Below, piece by piece: positions 1 to 12,828 of a stretch of DNA of 64,000 bases; position 1 is the first letter of the stretch; every line of letters starts with the position of its first letter. Both the position numbers and the translations under genes were made by a program. A model generated the notes under the pieces. The model was not told the origin of the DNA. It did no database searches and worked only from the letters and a program-made list of their open reading frames with translations. Source of the DNA: the human T2T-CHM13v2.0 reference genome, Homo sapiens; assembly GCF_009914755.1 (NCBI RefSeq), contig NC_060940.1. One strand, written 5' to 3'.

Positions 1-100
1 ATCAGGGTGAAGTTACTTGCCCCATGTCACACAGCTAGTTAACTATCCAAGCCAGAATTCATACCCAGATCTTTCTGATCCCTAAGTCAGCATTCTCTCA
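1..100 (-). mobile_element. MIR SINE fragment
   Basis: gtgaagttacttgccccatgtcacacagctagt matches the reverse complement of the MIR core. Confidence 0.8.
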
Positions 101-1939
101 GTTTCCTCTAAGCATCATGTTTTATAAGCAAAAGAGTAAAGGCTGGAACTAAGAAAACAAGTCTGGATGGATTTATTTAGCTCCCCTTGACTTTGTAAGA
201 GCCCGAACTCTCAAGACATGCTGTTGAGATTCCCACATTCATCCCTGGAGGGTGATGACCTTCTCAATGAGCAAAAGAAGACACTAAAGCCTGGAACAAT
301 TGTGCTCTTTCCCTAAGCGCTCCTGGCAATTTCAAAGGCAGAGGGATTTCCTGGCTGTGTCCTGGTGGATTTCCATCAGAGATACTGAGTAGACACATGC
401 TCTGGTCAGCATTTTCCTGGGTGGACGTGGATAGGGAAGGAGCTAAAGGAAAGTGACATTAGGGGATTGTCTATGCATCCATCCTTCTGTGTCCTTCTGC
501 ATAGTTCCAAATGCAGACGCAGCTCTTGGGTTCAAGAAAGATATGCCTGATTAGGATATGGGACTTTTCATTCTTCATATCTTGCCTTGTTTTTTGTTTT
601 GTCAAAATGCACACCTTCTAATGAACAGCAATGATTTTTTGACAAATGTATACGCTCATGTAACCACCACCATTATGGCCCATATAATTTCTATCTTTCC
701 TTTTCTCTCTCCTTCTCTTCCTCTTTTATTTTCTTCTCCTTAGATGATAATGTGTTTTCTCTGTGTGAAAGCTGGTGATCACAAATTGCGCACATTATTG
801 GGTAGTTGTCTCTTTTGCTTGTTGTTTTTTCAATGTCTTTACTTGGCAAAATAAAAAGTTCACAACCCTAGGTCTGCAAATTTTACTAGTCTATGAAATC
901 TAAAGAGCTATTTCTAGAAGAGGAGAAAGAGTTTGCTTGATTGGGAACATCAGAGAAAGTATGATGAAAAGGAAATGGTATTGTGGATGAGGAGTCAACA
1001 TTTTTATTACAAGATGACAAACTCTGAACAAATAAAGTGGACCCAAGGCAGGATCTGAACACCACTGTCTGCCTAAGGAGGATTTAGGCAGCTAGTCCCC
1101 ACATTCCACCTCGGAGTTCCCAGGTGACCTTAGAAGGGGCTGCCCCTCTCTAAGCTCATTTTGCTCATCTGTAAAGTAGAACTGGTTGGTTAAATTATAT
1201 CTGTGGCTTGATTTTTCCTCTGGTAAGATTTGGATTAATTGGCATTGATTTCCCTAGAGCTGTTCAAGGTCTGAACTCTAGGCTAGCATTTCCAGCCCAA
1301 AACAAACACAGTTCTAAATATCAGGCTTCGAACAAGTTCTGCCTAAAGTTTCCCTCCACCTCTTTCTGGGAAGTAATCAAGGGGTCTCTTTCCCAGGAGA
1401 CTGTAATTTGTTGAAAAGCATTTGATTGTTGTATTGAAAGGTTGCACTGTACATGTAAAAAGGTGTTTATGAGGCTTCGTACTGTATAGTTAATAACCAA
1501 CCAAGACCAGAGCCTTTATAACAGGGACCCTGGCTGCGAGCATCTATACCATGCCTTGCTGAGGCCTGCGAATGTATAATTACAGTGGCTGGTGGTCTGG
1601 AATATAAACCTAGGGTGCTTGCTGCAGGCCTGGAGGGCAGCCTTCTCCTCTATCAATGGTAGCACTTTCTGTACCTTTTTCAGGCCAGGCCAAATTATGC
1701 ATCCTTACTCTTTCATTCCAGCTCATTGGACACCTGCAGATTCTAAACAGTAGGCTGCAAAGTTGGCCAAGCAAGGTGCATTTTTAGATGCATTGGTAAC
1801 TAAGAGCCAGGCAACAACCAGTCACAAAAGCGGTCTTGGTGTTTGCTTACTTGTGTGGGAAAACTTATGGCTAAAGGTCCAACTAGGTCAAGCTCTGACC
1901 ATTCCTTGCCAGGAACAGGGAGACAGCCTCTTATGAGGT

Positions 1940-2400
1940 CTCCCAAATTCTAGTTTGCCCTCACTCCCCAATCCATGCCCCACACTGCAGGGAGAGCACT
2001 CTCCTAAATATAGATGTCTGACCAGGCATTTCCCTCCTTAAAACCTTCTGATGGCTTCCCCATTGCTCTCTAGGACAAAGCCCAGCCTCCTTGTGATGGA
2101 CTTAGAGCCCTGCACCATCTTGTCTTCGCTGACTTCCCTGGACTTTCTGCACCACACTCCCCCTTGTTCCTAGCCTCTTTTCTCACTGACCTTCTTTTGC
2201 TTCCCTCCTGCCTCTGATTATCCATTTGAGTTATGGCAGATGCTATTCCCTTGATCTGAATGATCCTTCTTCTCTCCCAACTTCCCCCAGTACCTGGTCC
2301 CCTTCTCAGCTTGGCAAACACCTTCGTAACCTTTAAATCCCAGATCAAATGGCACTTCTTCCAAGAAGCCTTCCCTGATCTCGACCAGGTCAATTTCCTC
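1940..2400 (+). mobile_element. L2 LINE 3' region relic
   Basis: ccttaaaaccttctgatggcttccccattgctctc and aagccttccctga are typical L2 motifs; boundaries approximate. Confidence 0.7.
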
Positions 2401-2429
2401 TACTTGATTCATTTATTCTTTATTCCAAA

Positions 2430-2630
2430 ATCACACTTCTAGAGTGCCTACTGTATGTCTGGAATTGAGTTTGCAGTTTACATGCAATAACTTATTTATG
2501 ACACAGGTACTAAGAATATGGTCATTTAACAAATGAGAAACCTGAGACTCAGAGAGAGAAAGTTCTTGGCCCAGGCTGTGGGAACTGGCAAGCAACTGAA
2601 CTCAAACTCCATGACTCCAAACACAAGCTC
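2430..2630 (-). mobile_element. MIR fragment
   Basis: aaatgagaaacctgagactcagagagagaaagttcttggcccagg. Confidence 0.7.
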
Positions 2631-3679
2631 TTCTTTATGACGTTTTACTCCTGAGTGGAGAAAAAGAAGATCTAAATGATAGGTATAAAACTCAAAGATG
2701 TAAAATACCTCCCCCTAAAATGTAAAATAAAAAATGTAGGAAGACTCCAACAAAAGACACAGCCTATTAATAGCAATTGTTGACTGGTGATAGCTCTAGG
2801 AGTGCATTAATTTATCCTTTCAGTTCTTCGCTAGTTTCCTAATTTTCTGTTGTGAGATCCTATGTCTCTTACAATGGAAAGATACTCAACTTTAAGAGAG
2901 ATTTAAGTAAGCAAAAGGTCTATGGCCTGAAATGTTATAACAGACCTAGAATAAAAAAAAGTTATCCACAATATCACCAGGCTAAATAAACCAACTCTTC
3001 TCAATATTGTGTTTGCCTTCCAGGGCTCATCTCTTAAAAGTATTTTATTTATGCATAATCGTAATCATAGTGTACATTCTATTTTAGTTGTTTGTTCTTT
3101 TCACTTCATATTTGATCCTGATGATCATGTAAATAGCACTGCAATATTCCATCAAGGTGAACCTCAGTTTGGAGTCGTTAGTGGAATTCTGGCATTAACA
3201 AAGCCTCCAAGACTAGCACCATGTCTTCTACTAACACAGTCTGCTTGACTTTCATTCTATTCAGCAATTTAGTCCTTCATTCCAGAAGTATTATGTGAGT
3301 GCTTACTTTGCACCAGACATTTGCTAGATATGCTTTAACTTACCCATGCTATGTGACAGCTAGCTCCAACAGAAAGCAAAGCAATGTATTTCCTAAGAAA
3401 TCTTTAAGAGACAGTAGGAAACTTCCAATGTTTAAGGGGTATCCTATACAAAGCCAATAATTTTGGCTTTCAAGATTTTTCCCTCTCATTTGATACATTT
3501 TAAATGGTGGAATTAGATAGAACCTTACAGTGTATAGAATTCTTTTGACTCCATTATCACCTTTAATTCTCCATCATCTGGAAAGTTGGAGGAATTCTCC
3601 ACAAATGAGGAGACTGAGATCCCAAGAGGTCATTTGGTTTGCTCAAGGTCTCTTCATTCATGAAAAATAAGACCACACC

Positions 3680-4200
3680 ACACATATTGTGTTTTGACTT
3701 GATTTTCTCACATATGAATAGGTCTTGGGAATATTTCTAAGCTAGAACATACCTCACTCAGTATTTTAAATAGTTGCAAGTTCTTCTGTAGAATGGATGA
3801 AACATAATTTGTTCAACTTGTTTTCTATTGATAGAAATTCATGTTGTCTCAACTTTTTCATTATTCTAATTCTACAATAAAAATTCTCGTAATATATATT
3901 TGAGTAAACTTGAGTATATTTCTGTAAAACCTGTTCTGAAATGTACATGGATCAGTGGGTATGTGCATTACAAATTTTGACAGACAGTCCAAGTAAGGCG
4001 TCCCCTCTTATTGTATAATGATAACTATTTGCCAGAAATGGTGTCAGCTCATAAAACTATTGATTTTTTAAATTTTGCCAATATTATGAGACCAAGATAA
4101 TAACTCACTGTGACTTCCAGTCTGCATTTTCCTGATTGCCAGTGAGTTAGCTTGAGCATTTTTTCATATGTATAAACATCTTTCATGTTTCATCTAGGAA
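3680..4200 (-). mobile_element. Old L1ME-type 3' fragment
   Basis: gcattttcctgattgccagtgag...ttgagcattttttcatatgt is antisense L1M 3' sequence. Confidence 0.65.
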
Positions 4201-4583
4201 GAGCTTCCTAAAGTGTCTGGAAAGCTCTCTAAGAAGAGGGTCCTGGGGCTGGGGAAAGCGAGGACAGGCTTTATTCAGGGATCTTATGGTCTATGGAGTC
4301 AATCTAGAGGATAAATTGGAGCCAGAAAAGAAGAATAAATTTTAAGATCAGTAGATTAGAAATGGAGACAGAGAAAGAGAGGGAGAGGATAAGATTTAGG
4401 ACATATCAAGCAGTTCATGAAATAATCCATAAAGGCAAAGAAGGCTCTGGACACTCCCTTTTTGTGGTTCCCAGTACGCACCCTACGAGTATACTGGGAA
4501 CCACAGAACTCTTACGAGTTCCTCAAAGAGCCATACCAGCTTGAGCATGAAGCTTTAAGATGAAAGTCTGAGTCAGGGTAGCC

Positions 4584-6445
4584 CAGGGAGATTCAGATGC
4601 TTCATGAAGTTAATGGAGCTTGGTTCTCAGGGCCTCTTATTTTCTTATTAGGCCCCTCATCAGGCCCAGAAATGAGCCCTAGCAGTGAATTCACATAGTC
4701 TCATGTTTCTGTAAAAAACTTGCAAAATTAGATATTTGAACTTCAGTAGGTTAAGGCTTGTCTTTTTCCACCCTGGCTTCGTCTCCAATATACTCTGCAT
4801 GTATTGAGTGGCCATGGACATTTTTTAGAAACTGATCAAAGGAACACTGAGTTGGGGGTACATTTAACTCGTATTTAGTAAGATATAGTTGACTTGTATT
4901 TAGTAACTTATATTTAGTAAGATATAGTTGAGGCAGTAGAGTAGGGTCTGGAGGCAGAGAACCTAAGGCCAATTCACGCTGACTTCCTACAACTGAGTAA
5001 AGAGGAAAACTCCAACTTTGCATGCAAAAGTAGCAAAAGGACCAGAGGCTACTCCGTTTGCAACCTTCTTCACTTTTTCTGTGTCACAGATGAAAAATGG
5101 AAAGTACCTCTAATCTAAAGTCTAAGTAACCAATCAGACTTATCTCTGGCCAGATCTTTATATGCATAAGTTTATAGCCTTGTAACTTCACTTCAACCTC
5201 TGATTGGTCTCTTTCCACAACTAATCAGACGTTCACATAGGGTCTAACTTTGTAACTTCACGTCAGCCTCTGATTGATCTCTTTCTGCAACCAATCAGGC
5301 TGATCATGGGCCACCACTTCATTTACATAAGGTGTACACCAAGTAACCAATGGGAAACCTTTAAACCCCAGAAAATTCTGTAACCAGGGCTCCTGAGCGT
5401 TTGTTCAAGCCTGCTCCCACCTTGTGGAGCATACTTTAGTTTTTGATAAATCTCTGCTTTTGTTGTTTTGTTCTTTCCTTGCTTTGTGCATTTTGTCCAA
5501 TTCTTTGTTCAAAACTCCAAGAACCTGGACACCTTGCAGTCAAGACCTTCCACGGGTAACTCCATGGGTAACATAGTTACCTGTCTCATAATGTCTACGG
5601 ACAGTAAGTTGTTGCTAGTTGCCTCTGTGTAAGTGTGGCTTCAAGAACACTCCTCCTACCCACATGGCCAACTCATCTGCATAATGATATGAAGGAGTGA
5701 GTACAGAGACTGTGTATGAACAGGAATGTGTCCTGGGGTACTTGGCTTCAGAATTTGAGGGGCAGAAGAGAAAAAAGAAGTTTGAGAGATAGAAGGGCAG
5801 AAGCGAAGCTATGAAAAATTCTATGTTAATCAGATATGCGCAATTATAAGCAGAAATTTCTGTTCACATTGACTCTTAGTCAAAATAGAAGTTCTTTCCT
5901 GTCAGAATATACTCAGTAAAGTAGCATTTTTTGACTCTATAATTATAAACCCACCACAATTTTTGTGAGAATCCATGAAATATAATTTATCAGAAATATT
6001 GTGTGTGAAGGATGCAAATCTGTATCCTTCGGTGAGTACATCTATCTGTGAAATTGCATGTTTTATGCATCCCAAGTATCATATTTTTATGACTTTTGAT
6101 CAACTCTACTAGAGGAAAGGCTAAATTATCTTTCTCTTCTTTCTTTAGGAAATATTACAAAGCCATCATCATAGGAAGAAGCAAAGAGTGTGACAGCCAA
6201 AATCGTAGAAAAAAATCACTGTAGAGATATATCAAGTAGTTAATTAATTAAAAAATTATTTTATTTTTCTGGATATTGCAGTTTATTAATATTGTCAGCT
6301 TTTTAATATTAGTATTGCCATAATTTCTTTTCTTATTCTAAATAAACATTATTTTTATGCCTAAGATGTGGTCATGACTGTGCATTCTTTTACTTGATAA
6401 GGGCTCCAAAATGGAAACATTCTGCAGGCCCCACAATCTATAAGA
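4584..6445 (+). mobile_element. hAT-Tip100 DNA transposon (Zaphod-like), internally deleted and interrupted by a MER51 LTR
   Basis: 5' end cagggagattc...atgaagttaatggagct resembles Zaphod. About 6105-6220 retains a decayed hAT C-terminal dimerization-type segment (gaggaaaggctaaattatctttct = EERLNYLS). The 3' end resembles ...caggccccacaa. Confidence 0.7.
4929..5573 (+). mobile_element. MER51-family ERV1 solo LTR
   Basis: Starts TGAGGCAGTAGAGTAGGGTCTGGAGGCAGAGAACCTAAGG and ends GGTAACA; 4-bp TSD TAGT at 4925-4928 and 5574-5577; several CCAAT boxes. Confidence 0.85.
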
Positions 6446-6482
6446 GATTAGCAGGCCTGGAGTTGGAGCTGGTCTCAGTGAA

Positions 6483-6619
6483 TTTTTTTTTTTTTTAAAT
6501 GAAGATGAATCCTCACCATATTGCCCAGGCTGGACTCAAACTCCTGGGCTCAAGTGATTCTCCCACCTCAGCTTCCCTAGTAGCTGGGACTACAGGTGTG
6601 CATTACTGCAGGATGCCCA
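6483..6619 (-). mobile_element. Alu monomer (FLAM-like)
   Basis: polyT followed by ttgcccaggctggactcaaactcctgggctcaagtgattctcccacctcagc; single arm only. Confidence 0.85.
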
Positions 6620-7699
6620 TTTACTTTAAGGACTTCTTTACTCTAGACTATAAGCACAAGAAAATATGGGTTTATTTCTTCTTTTGTTTAAACTCTTATA
6701 TTACTAATACACCTTCAGTGATCAGTGTAAAGTAAGCCCTCAGTAAACATTTACTGCATAAATGAATGACCCCTTCTCATTCTAAGATTATCCTCCATGA
6801 GTCTTTTGTTTCCTATGACAGATCCCATTGTTATTCAAAAATATTCACTATTTTCCCTATTCTCACTGCCCTAGGAGCAATATACTTTCCCATTCTGCTG
6901 ATACTGAGCATGGCCATGTGACTTGCTTCGGCCTCATGGTGGGAGGAATACACTGACTGTTCTTCAGCTAGTCTGCTGATTAAAGGAGATGAGTGGAGTA
7001 AACCTGAACCCAACCTGCAGCCTTTGGGCCTCTGAGCATAACTGGAGGCCGACTTCAGCCCCGTTTCCTGGTTTTTGTCTTGTGTCTAAAATGTAGTCAG
7101 GAAATCATACCCCTCCCTCTTCAAGCAGACACATGGGTAGGGGTACAATGAACTAGCAAAAGTGAGAGGCAAGAAAAACAGCCTTGCAATGCAACCATTT
7201 AGACAAAGTCAAATATAGATTTAACAACTAATTATAGGAGAAAGCTGCAAAGTGCGTTATAAAATCAAGTGTTTGCACAGAAACATTTTTGCTAGAAAGC
7301 AAAGTGGTAGCTCATTTGCATGTTTGGTATTGTTAGCATACAAAGGAGCTGAACTGCTAAAATTAAGATAGTGAGTTGTTTGAAAACCTCATTTTAAAAT
7401 AGAATAAATCACACCACAGACAGATGTTTAAGAGGGTGCCTGATGTGTGGAGAGCTGGCCTCAAGTGTGAGGCTTGGCAGCATTTGAGACTTTACTCCAG
7501 AAAGGCCAACCCCAATCTCTTCCAGGAAGATCAGGGAGCTGGGAGCAGGAATGTGGGAAGCTCAGCATCTGAGGCTTCCTGGGGTGGCATCATGGTTGAG
7601 ACTTTATAGTCTGAGTCTAGTCCAGGAGAGTGAGTGTCAAAGCTGGCAAGTCACCAGGGACTAAGAAATTGAGATGGAGAAGGAAATCCTTTTGGACCC

Positions 7700-8446
7700 T
7701 GTCGGTTCTCCCCACCCAAGCATAAAAACAAAGGAAAACCTTGAGTTCCTTCAAGGTAAATTCCAGGCACCTACCTAGCCCTGAGAACTCAATGAGCAAT
7801 TTAGTAAGCAAAAAGGTGGTAGTGCCTGGAAACAATAGCCAAGGAAGCTGAAGTCACTGGATGTTTAGTTCCCCTATAAAAACTAAAGATTACATCTTAG
7901 CATATGTCCCTGAGTTGTTTGTCAGAAACCCAGACACTCACTAAATGGATCTGCTGGCACATAGACTTCAGATAAGAGGGAACTGAGGGCAGAGCTCTAA
8001 CCTCTGATTTTTGTTCTAAATTTCTTCCTGGGGAGTCTGGAGGAGGTCATGCCCACGACCTGGAGCTAACATGCTTTTTCTGCTGATTCCAAATGTTTAG
8101 ACAACTCTTTGCCTCCTTAACCAATTACAAATCAGAAAATCTCTGAATGCACCCATGACCTGTGGGCCCCTGTTTAAGGTGTTCCCCCTTTTTAGGCCAA
8201 ATCAATGTAGACCCTTCATGTATTGACTTAAGACTGCCTGTAACCTCTGCCTGCCTGTCTTTAGAAACCTTTGCCTGCAAGTTATTGCAAAGGGATGAGA
8301 GGGACCTGGGTCTTAAGCATGAGCTGCCTGATTCTCCTCGCTTGGTGCCCTGCAAGTAAATGCCCTCCTTTCTCCTGCTGCAAACCTCAGTGTGAATATT
8401 TGGCTTTACTGTGCCAGACGAGTGACCCTAGGTTGGTTTGTTAATA
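7700..8446 (+). mobile_element. ERV1 solo LTR (MER39-like)
   Basis: TG start; ttgagttccttcaaggtaaattccaggcacc...cttaaccaattacaaatcagaaaatc...gcatgagctgcc; LTR-like end; subfamily from recall. Confidence 0.7.
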
Positions 8447-8817
8447 AAATGTCTGTGTGCCAGGTGTATGTCAGTGGTTCCACATGCAGCAGGATGAGTC
8501 AAGGAAGGCTCTTGGGACACCCAGAATGTCACGGGCACCCACGCTTGGGGGCTGCCCCTGCACTTGCTTGGCCCTGTGAGGGAGCACCTCCCTTAGCTCA
8601 CAAATGCTAGTCTTGGCTCTGACATTCGGGTTCAATTTTTACCCTCACCCATCTTTGTCATCTAAAATATTATTATTAAAATCCTGTTTTACAGATGGAA
8701 ATGTGGAGGATGGGAGAGGTTCCAAAATGTCACCAAAGTCCAATGGACAATAATTGGGTTGACTCTGGCACAACCCAAGTCTAACTGCAGGGATCAGTCA
8801 GCATCAAACTTTTGAAA

Positions 8818-8980
8818 TTACCCCAGTGTGGTGGGGCACGTGCCTGTGGTCCCTCCCAGCTACTTGGGAGGCTGATGTGGAAAGGTTCCTTGAGCTCACG
8901 ATTGTGTCACTGCACTCCAGCCTGGGCTGGAGACCTTCCAGAATGAACAAACAAACAAACAAAAAACAACAAAACAAAAA
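8818..8980 (+). mobile_element. Degenerate Alu right-arm/monomer with internal deletion and (AAAC)n tail
   Basis: cccagctacttgggaggctga...cactgcactccagcctggg followed by an A-rich tail. Confidence 0.8.
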
Positions 8981-9325
8981 CCTTTTTTATTGTCTGCTTT
9001 ACTGTGAAGAAAATGTGTGAACATACACTTCCATCTATGCCTACTTATTTATTTGAAAAGCATATGCATGCACAACTATATTATCTACTTTATATAGCAT
9101 GCCCAGAAATAGAGTAATAAAAATGAAATAAAGAAAAAAATAAAAATATTATTTTCTTCACATACCAAAATTTGTTATTTTGCATTTTTGAGGGTGTGAT
9201 AATTTCCCCGCATTGGAAAGAAGTGCTTAACTACTATGCCTTTCATTCTTACTTCTTCTAGGCTAGGGGAACATTTATTATAAGAGTTCACAGAACCCTG
9301 TCCCTCATTTTTATTGATGTACACT

Positions 9326-9778
9326 ATATTAGTTTCCTATTTTTGCTATAACAAATTACCATAAACTTAGTGGCTTAAAATAATACATATTTATTCTTTT
9401 GCAGTTCTGGAGGTCGGAAGTCCAAAATCAGTCTCACTGAGCTAAAGTCAAGGTGTCAGAGTGTGAGTCCTTCTAGAGGAAGGAAACATTTTAGCCTGTA
9501 GGGGCCACCTTTGCTCACTGGCTATGGTCCCCTTCTTCATTTTCAAAGTAGATCACTCTAATCATCACCTGTTCTTCTCCTCCTCTGACTTTGCGTCTCC
9601 TGATGATCCTTCTGATTACATTGAGCCCACCCAGAAAATCCAGGATAATCTACCCATCTAAAGACCTTTAACTAAATCACTTCTGAAAAGTCATGTTTGC
9701 CATATAAGGTAACATTCACAGGTTCAGAGGATTAGGATGTGAAGATATATACGACAAGTCATTATTCAGCCTACCATA
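9326..9778 (-). mobile_element. MLT1C/D-type MaLR LTR
   Basis: ataacaaattaccataaacttagtggcttaaaa...gattacattgagcccacccag...cattattcagcctaccata. Confidence 0.85.
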
Positions 9779-9849
9779 ACATCTCCCACAATTTTTGCTT
9801 AATCATGGCTTTCTATAGATTCAAATCTCCACAAGAACAGGTCACCACC

Positions 9850-9960
9850 TAGAGTGACTGACTGCCCTGCTTTGCCTGGGACCTTACTGGTATTTGCCCT
9901 AAAATTCCCATGTCCCTGGAAGTGTTTCATTTCCAGGCACACCAGGATGGTAGGTCCTTT
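9850..9960. mobile_element. MER81-like hAT-Blackjack MITE
   Basis: agagtgactgactgccctgctttgcctgggac...ccaggcacaccaggatggtaggtc, a degenerate palindromic element. Confidence 0.6.
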
Positions 9961-10679
9961 TACTCCCACCTGTAGGTGCAATGCCTTATTTAGAATTTGC
10001 ACTTATTGAGTGTTAAATTGACTCCCCTTCAAAATTTCTCTAGACTTTTCTAATCCTTTTAACTCTTCTTTCTGGCCCAGGTCATCCCAGAATCTTGAAT
10101 ATTCATCCAAGCCCTAGCTTCATTTTATAACCTTTATATTCCTATATACATAGCACATTATGCAAATTAATTATTTTATGAAGGCAAGTCCTGATGTCCC
10201 ACTTAACATGTTAAATCCATAAAACCGCACATTAAATGTCTTCAATTTGTATCCTGTTTAATACCTAAAACAGTCCTAACAGTCCTAAATCTCAACAAAA
10301 ATTCAGAGTAGGTTCATTCTGCCTTGCCAGCAGCACTCACTCAAGATAGCTACACAAAACTGCCAAGTAATAAAGTGGTTAATGGAGATGAAGAAGAAAG
10401 CAGAGTGTGAGGGTCTTAAATGGTGATAAATTGTTGGACGTGGTAAATTCAAAGCCATTGCCTAAAGCAGAAGTTCCCAAACTTTAGTAATTTTTATGGT
10501 ATTTGAAATACTGTGCCATGTCTGCATCAACTGTACTATTATTCTCTTATCTTCACAACAACTCATTTTTTTGGAACTTAAATACATTGACAAACCCAAA
10601 ATATTTAGTAAAGCTGTATTTTTTCCCAATAGACATAATGATAAATATGAGATTATTGGAATGAACATCTTTCTTTATA

Positions 10680-11162
10680 TAAGTATTAGTTATCTATTTT
10701 CTGTGTAATGAGTGTAATGTGTAGGGGCTTACTTGAGTCTTCTGGGTCAAGGTCTCTCAAAGGTTGCAATTGCGGTGTTAGTCAGGGCAGCTCTTGACTC
10801 AAGGCTGGACTGGGTGAGGACCTGATACAAAGCTCACTCAGTGATTGTTGGCAAGATTCAGATCTTCACTGGCCAATGACCAGAGGCCACCTCCATTCCT
10901 TGCCACATGTACCTCTCCATAGAGCAGCTCAGAACATGGCAGCTGGCTTCATGAAATTGAGCAAGTGAGAGAGTGAGAGAGGGTACACTTACTAGACGAT
11001 GTCTTAGTCCCGTAACCCACCACATCTTGGAAGTGACATCCCAGCACATTGGAAACACGTCACATTGCCCCAACCCAAACTTAAAAAGAGGGGATTATCC
11101 AAGTGTGTAAATACCAGCAGGTAGGAATCACTGGAGGCCATGTTTGAAGTCAGTCTACCATA
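10680..11162 (-). mobile_element. MLT1E/F-type MaLR LTR
   Basis: ccttgccacatgtacctctccatagagcagctcagaacatggcagctggcttc...ctaccata. Confidence 0.8.
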
Positions 11163-11718
11163 ATATTCCATCTGAAATCCACTTGCTTACTCTTCAGGGT
11201 CTGTGCATAGTGCACTTTGGCAATCCCTCAAATTATGGATGCAGTAAGTTGAATTTGGCATGAGTTGCAATGGGATGAAAGGGATTTGGGGAGGTTGAGG
11301 AGGGAAAGAGTGCAGTACAGCCACAGAAACTGGAAAAGACATGGATGTGTGACAAAGAAGGTAAGTGAGAGGCTGCACGCAAATCAGAGTGGTTAGCTGG
11401 AGTGGAGGAATCACACTAGAAAAAGATGAGGCTCGAGAGTTTTCTGAACTAGGAGAAAAGCCCAGAACCATTTAGCCAGGCTCCACCCTTCCGTTGTACA
11501 TGTCAGCCTCACCTCAGTGGAAAGCTGAGTAATACCTTCTTCGGTTACAAAGAAAATTATTCTAGATAGATTTTTACAGGTAGCATTTGATAAAGGTGGA
11601 TTTGATGTAAAAGCTTCAGACTTGGATGCAGATTTTTCAAACTGTTCTTTGCTGCTCTCCTTATACTGAGAACTCCTCCTATTCCTTGAGAATCAAAATC
11701 TTATCCAGTTCTCAAGAG

Positions 11719-11925
11719 TAAGGGTCAGCAAACTCCAAGAGCCAAACCCGGCCAGCTGCCTATTGGTTTATGACCTAAGAGCTAAGAATGAGTTTTACAT
11801 TTTGAAATGGTTACATTTTAAGTGTTTATACAAGTACCTGCACAATAGCTTTAATTTTGCCCCACAAATAGCACAGCCTAAAATATTTATTATCTGGCTG
11901 TTTAAAAAAAGTTTGCTAATCCCTG
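11719..11925. mobile_element. MER58-family hAT-Charlie element
   Basis: TIRs agggtcagcaaact / agtttgctaatccct; 8-bp TSD-like ctcaagag / ctctagag. Confidence 0.8.
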
Positions 11926-12828
11926 CTCTAGAGTTCCCCAAACCCTTGCCTAGCACAAAAAAGGGGATCAAAAAGAGTGAGCTATGTGGTTGTTTTATTT
12001 TTTGAGAGAGAGAAAGAGGAAGAGGGGAAGGCATGGAAGGCTGAAGGGCAGATCCAGTATGCACAGTTCTCTAGGGTCCAAGCCCATCTTTACCTGTGCT
12101 GCTTAATATACACCAGTGCTGGCACTTGCAGATGCTGTTTCCAGATTTTACTGTCTTTCAAATTATCAGAATCTCTAATAAGAAAGAAAGTGAAATATTC
12201 CCTAGGTTGAAAAATAAACATCATTTAACTCAAGCAAGAAAGAAGAAGCATCGCTGTCTTCAAAGTGTATCCCATTCTCAGGAAACTACTGTGGTAGTGA
12301 TGTAAGAGGAAATGGAGCAGTGCTCAACACAAACCTTTAGTTCAAGAAACAGAGGGGAGAGAGATGGAAGAGAAACAGGTCTCGAAAGAGTACCAAGGGA
12401 CCCAGAATCAATAGAAGGAGACATAAGCAAAAAGGTTACACACATTTTTTTCCCTTAAAAAGAGTACAGCACAGAAATTCCAACATCTTCAAGAATAGAG
12501 AATAAGATTTGAAGGCTTTCCCATAAGAGTCACGTTTGCAGCAAAATTTTGGGTGTCTTGTCATTAAAAATAGAATAGAATAAATTTGAAAACCCCAGAG
12601 ACTTAGAACCTATGGCAGAATTATCAATCCATTGGCATGAAGGGATCAGACTGAACTACATGAGACAGAGGAAGTCTTTCTATCCCATAACACAATAATA
12701 ACCTATATCTAAGAGTAGAAAAGACACCAGTGGAAGAAGCATTTGGCTTTCTCAACCTCAGAGGCCAGCCTTTCCAGTTGGTGTCATATCACATCCTTCA
12801 TGTGTCAATGAACAGCTTGAAGACACTC

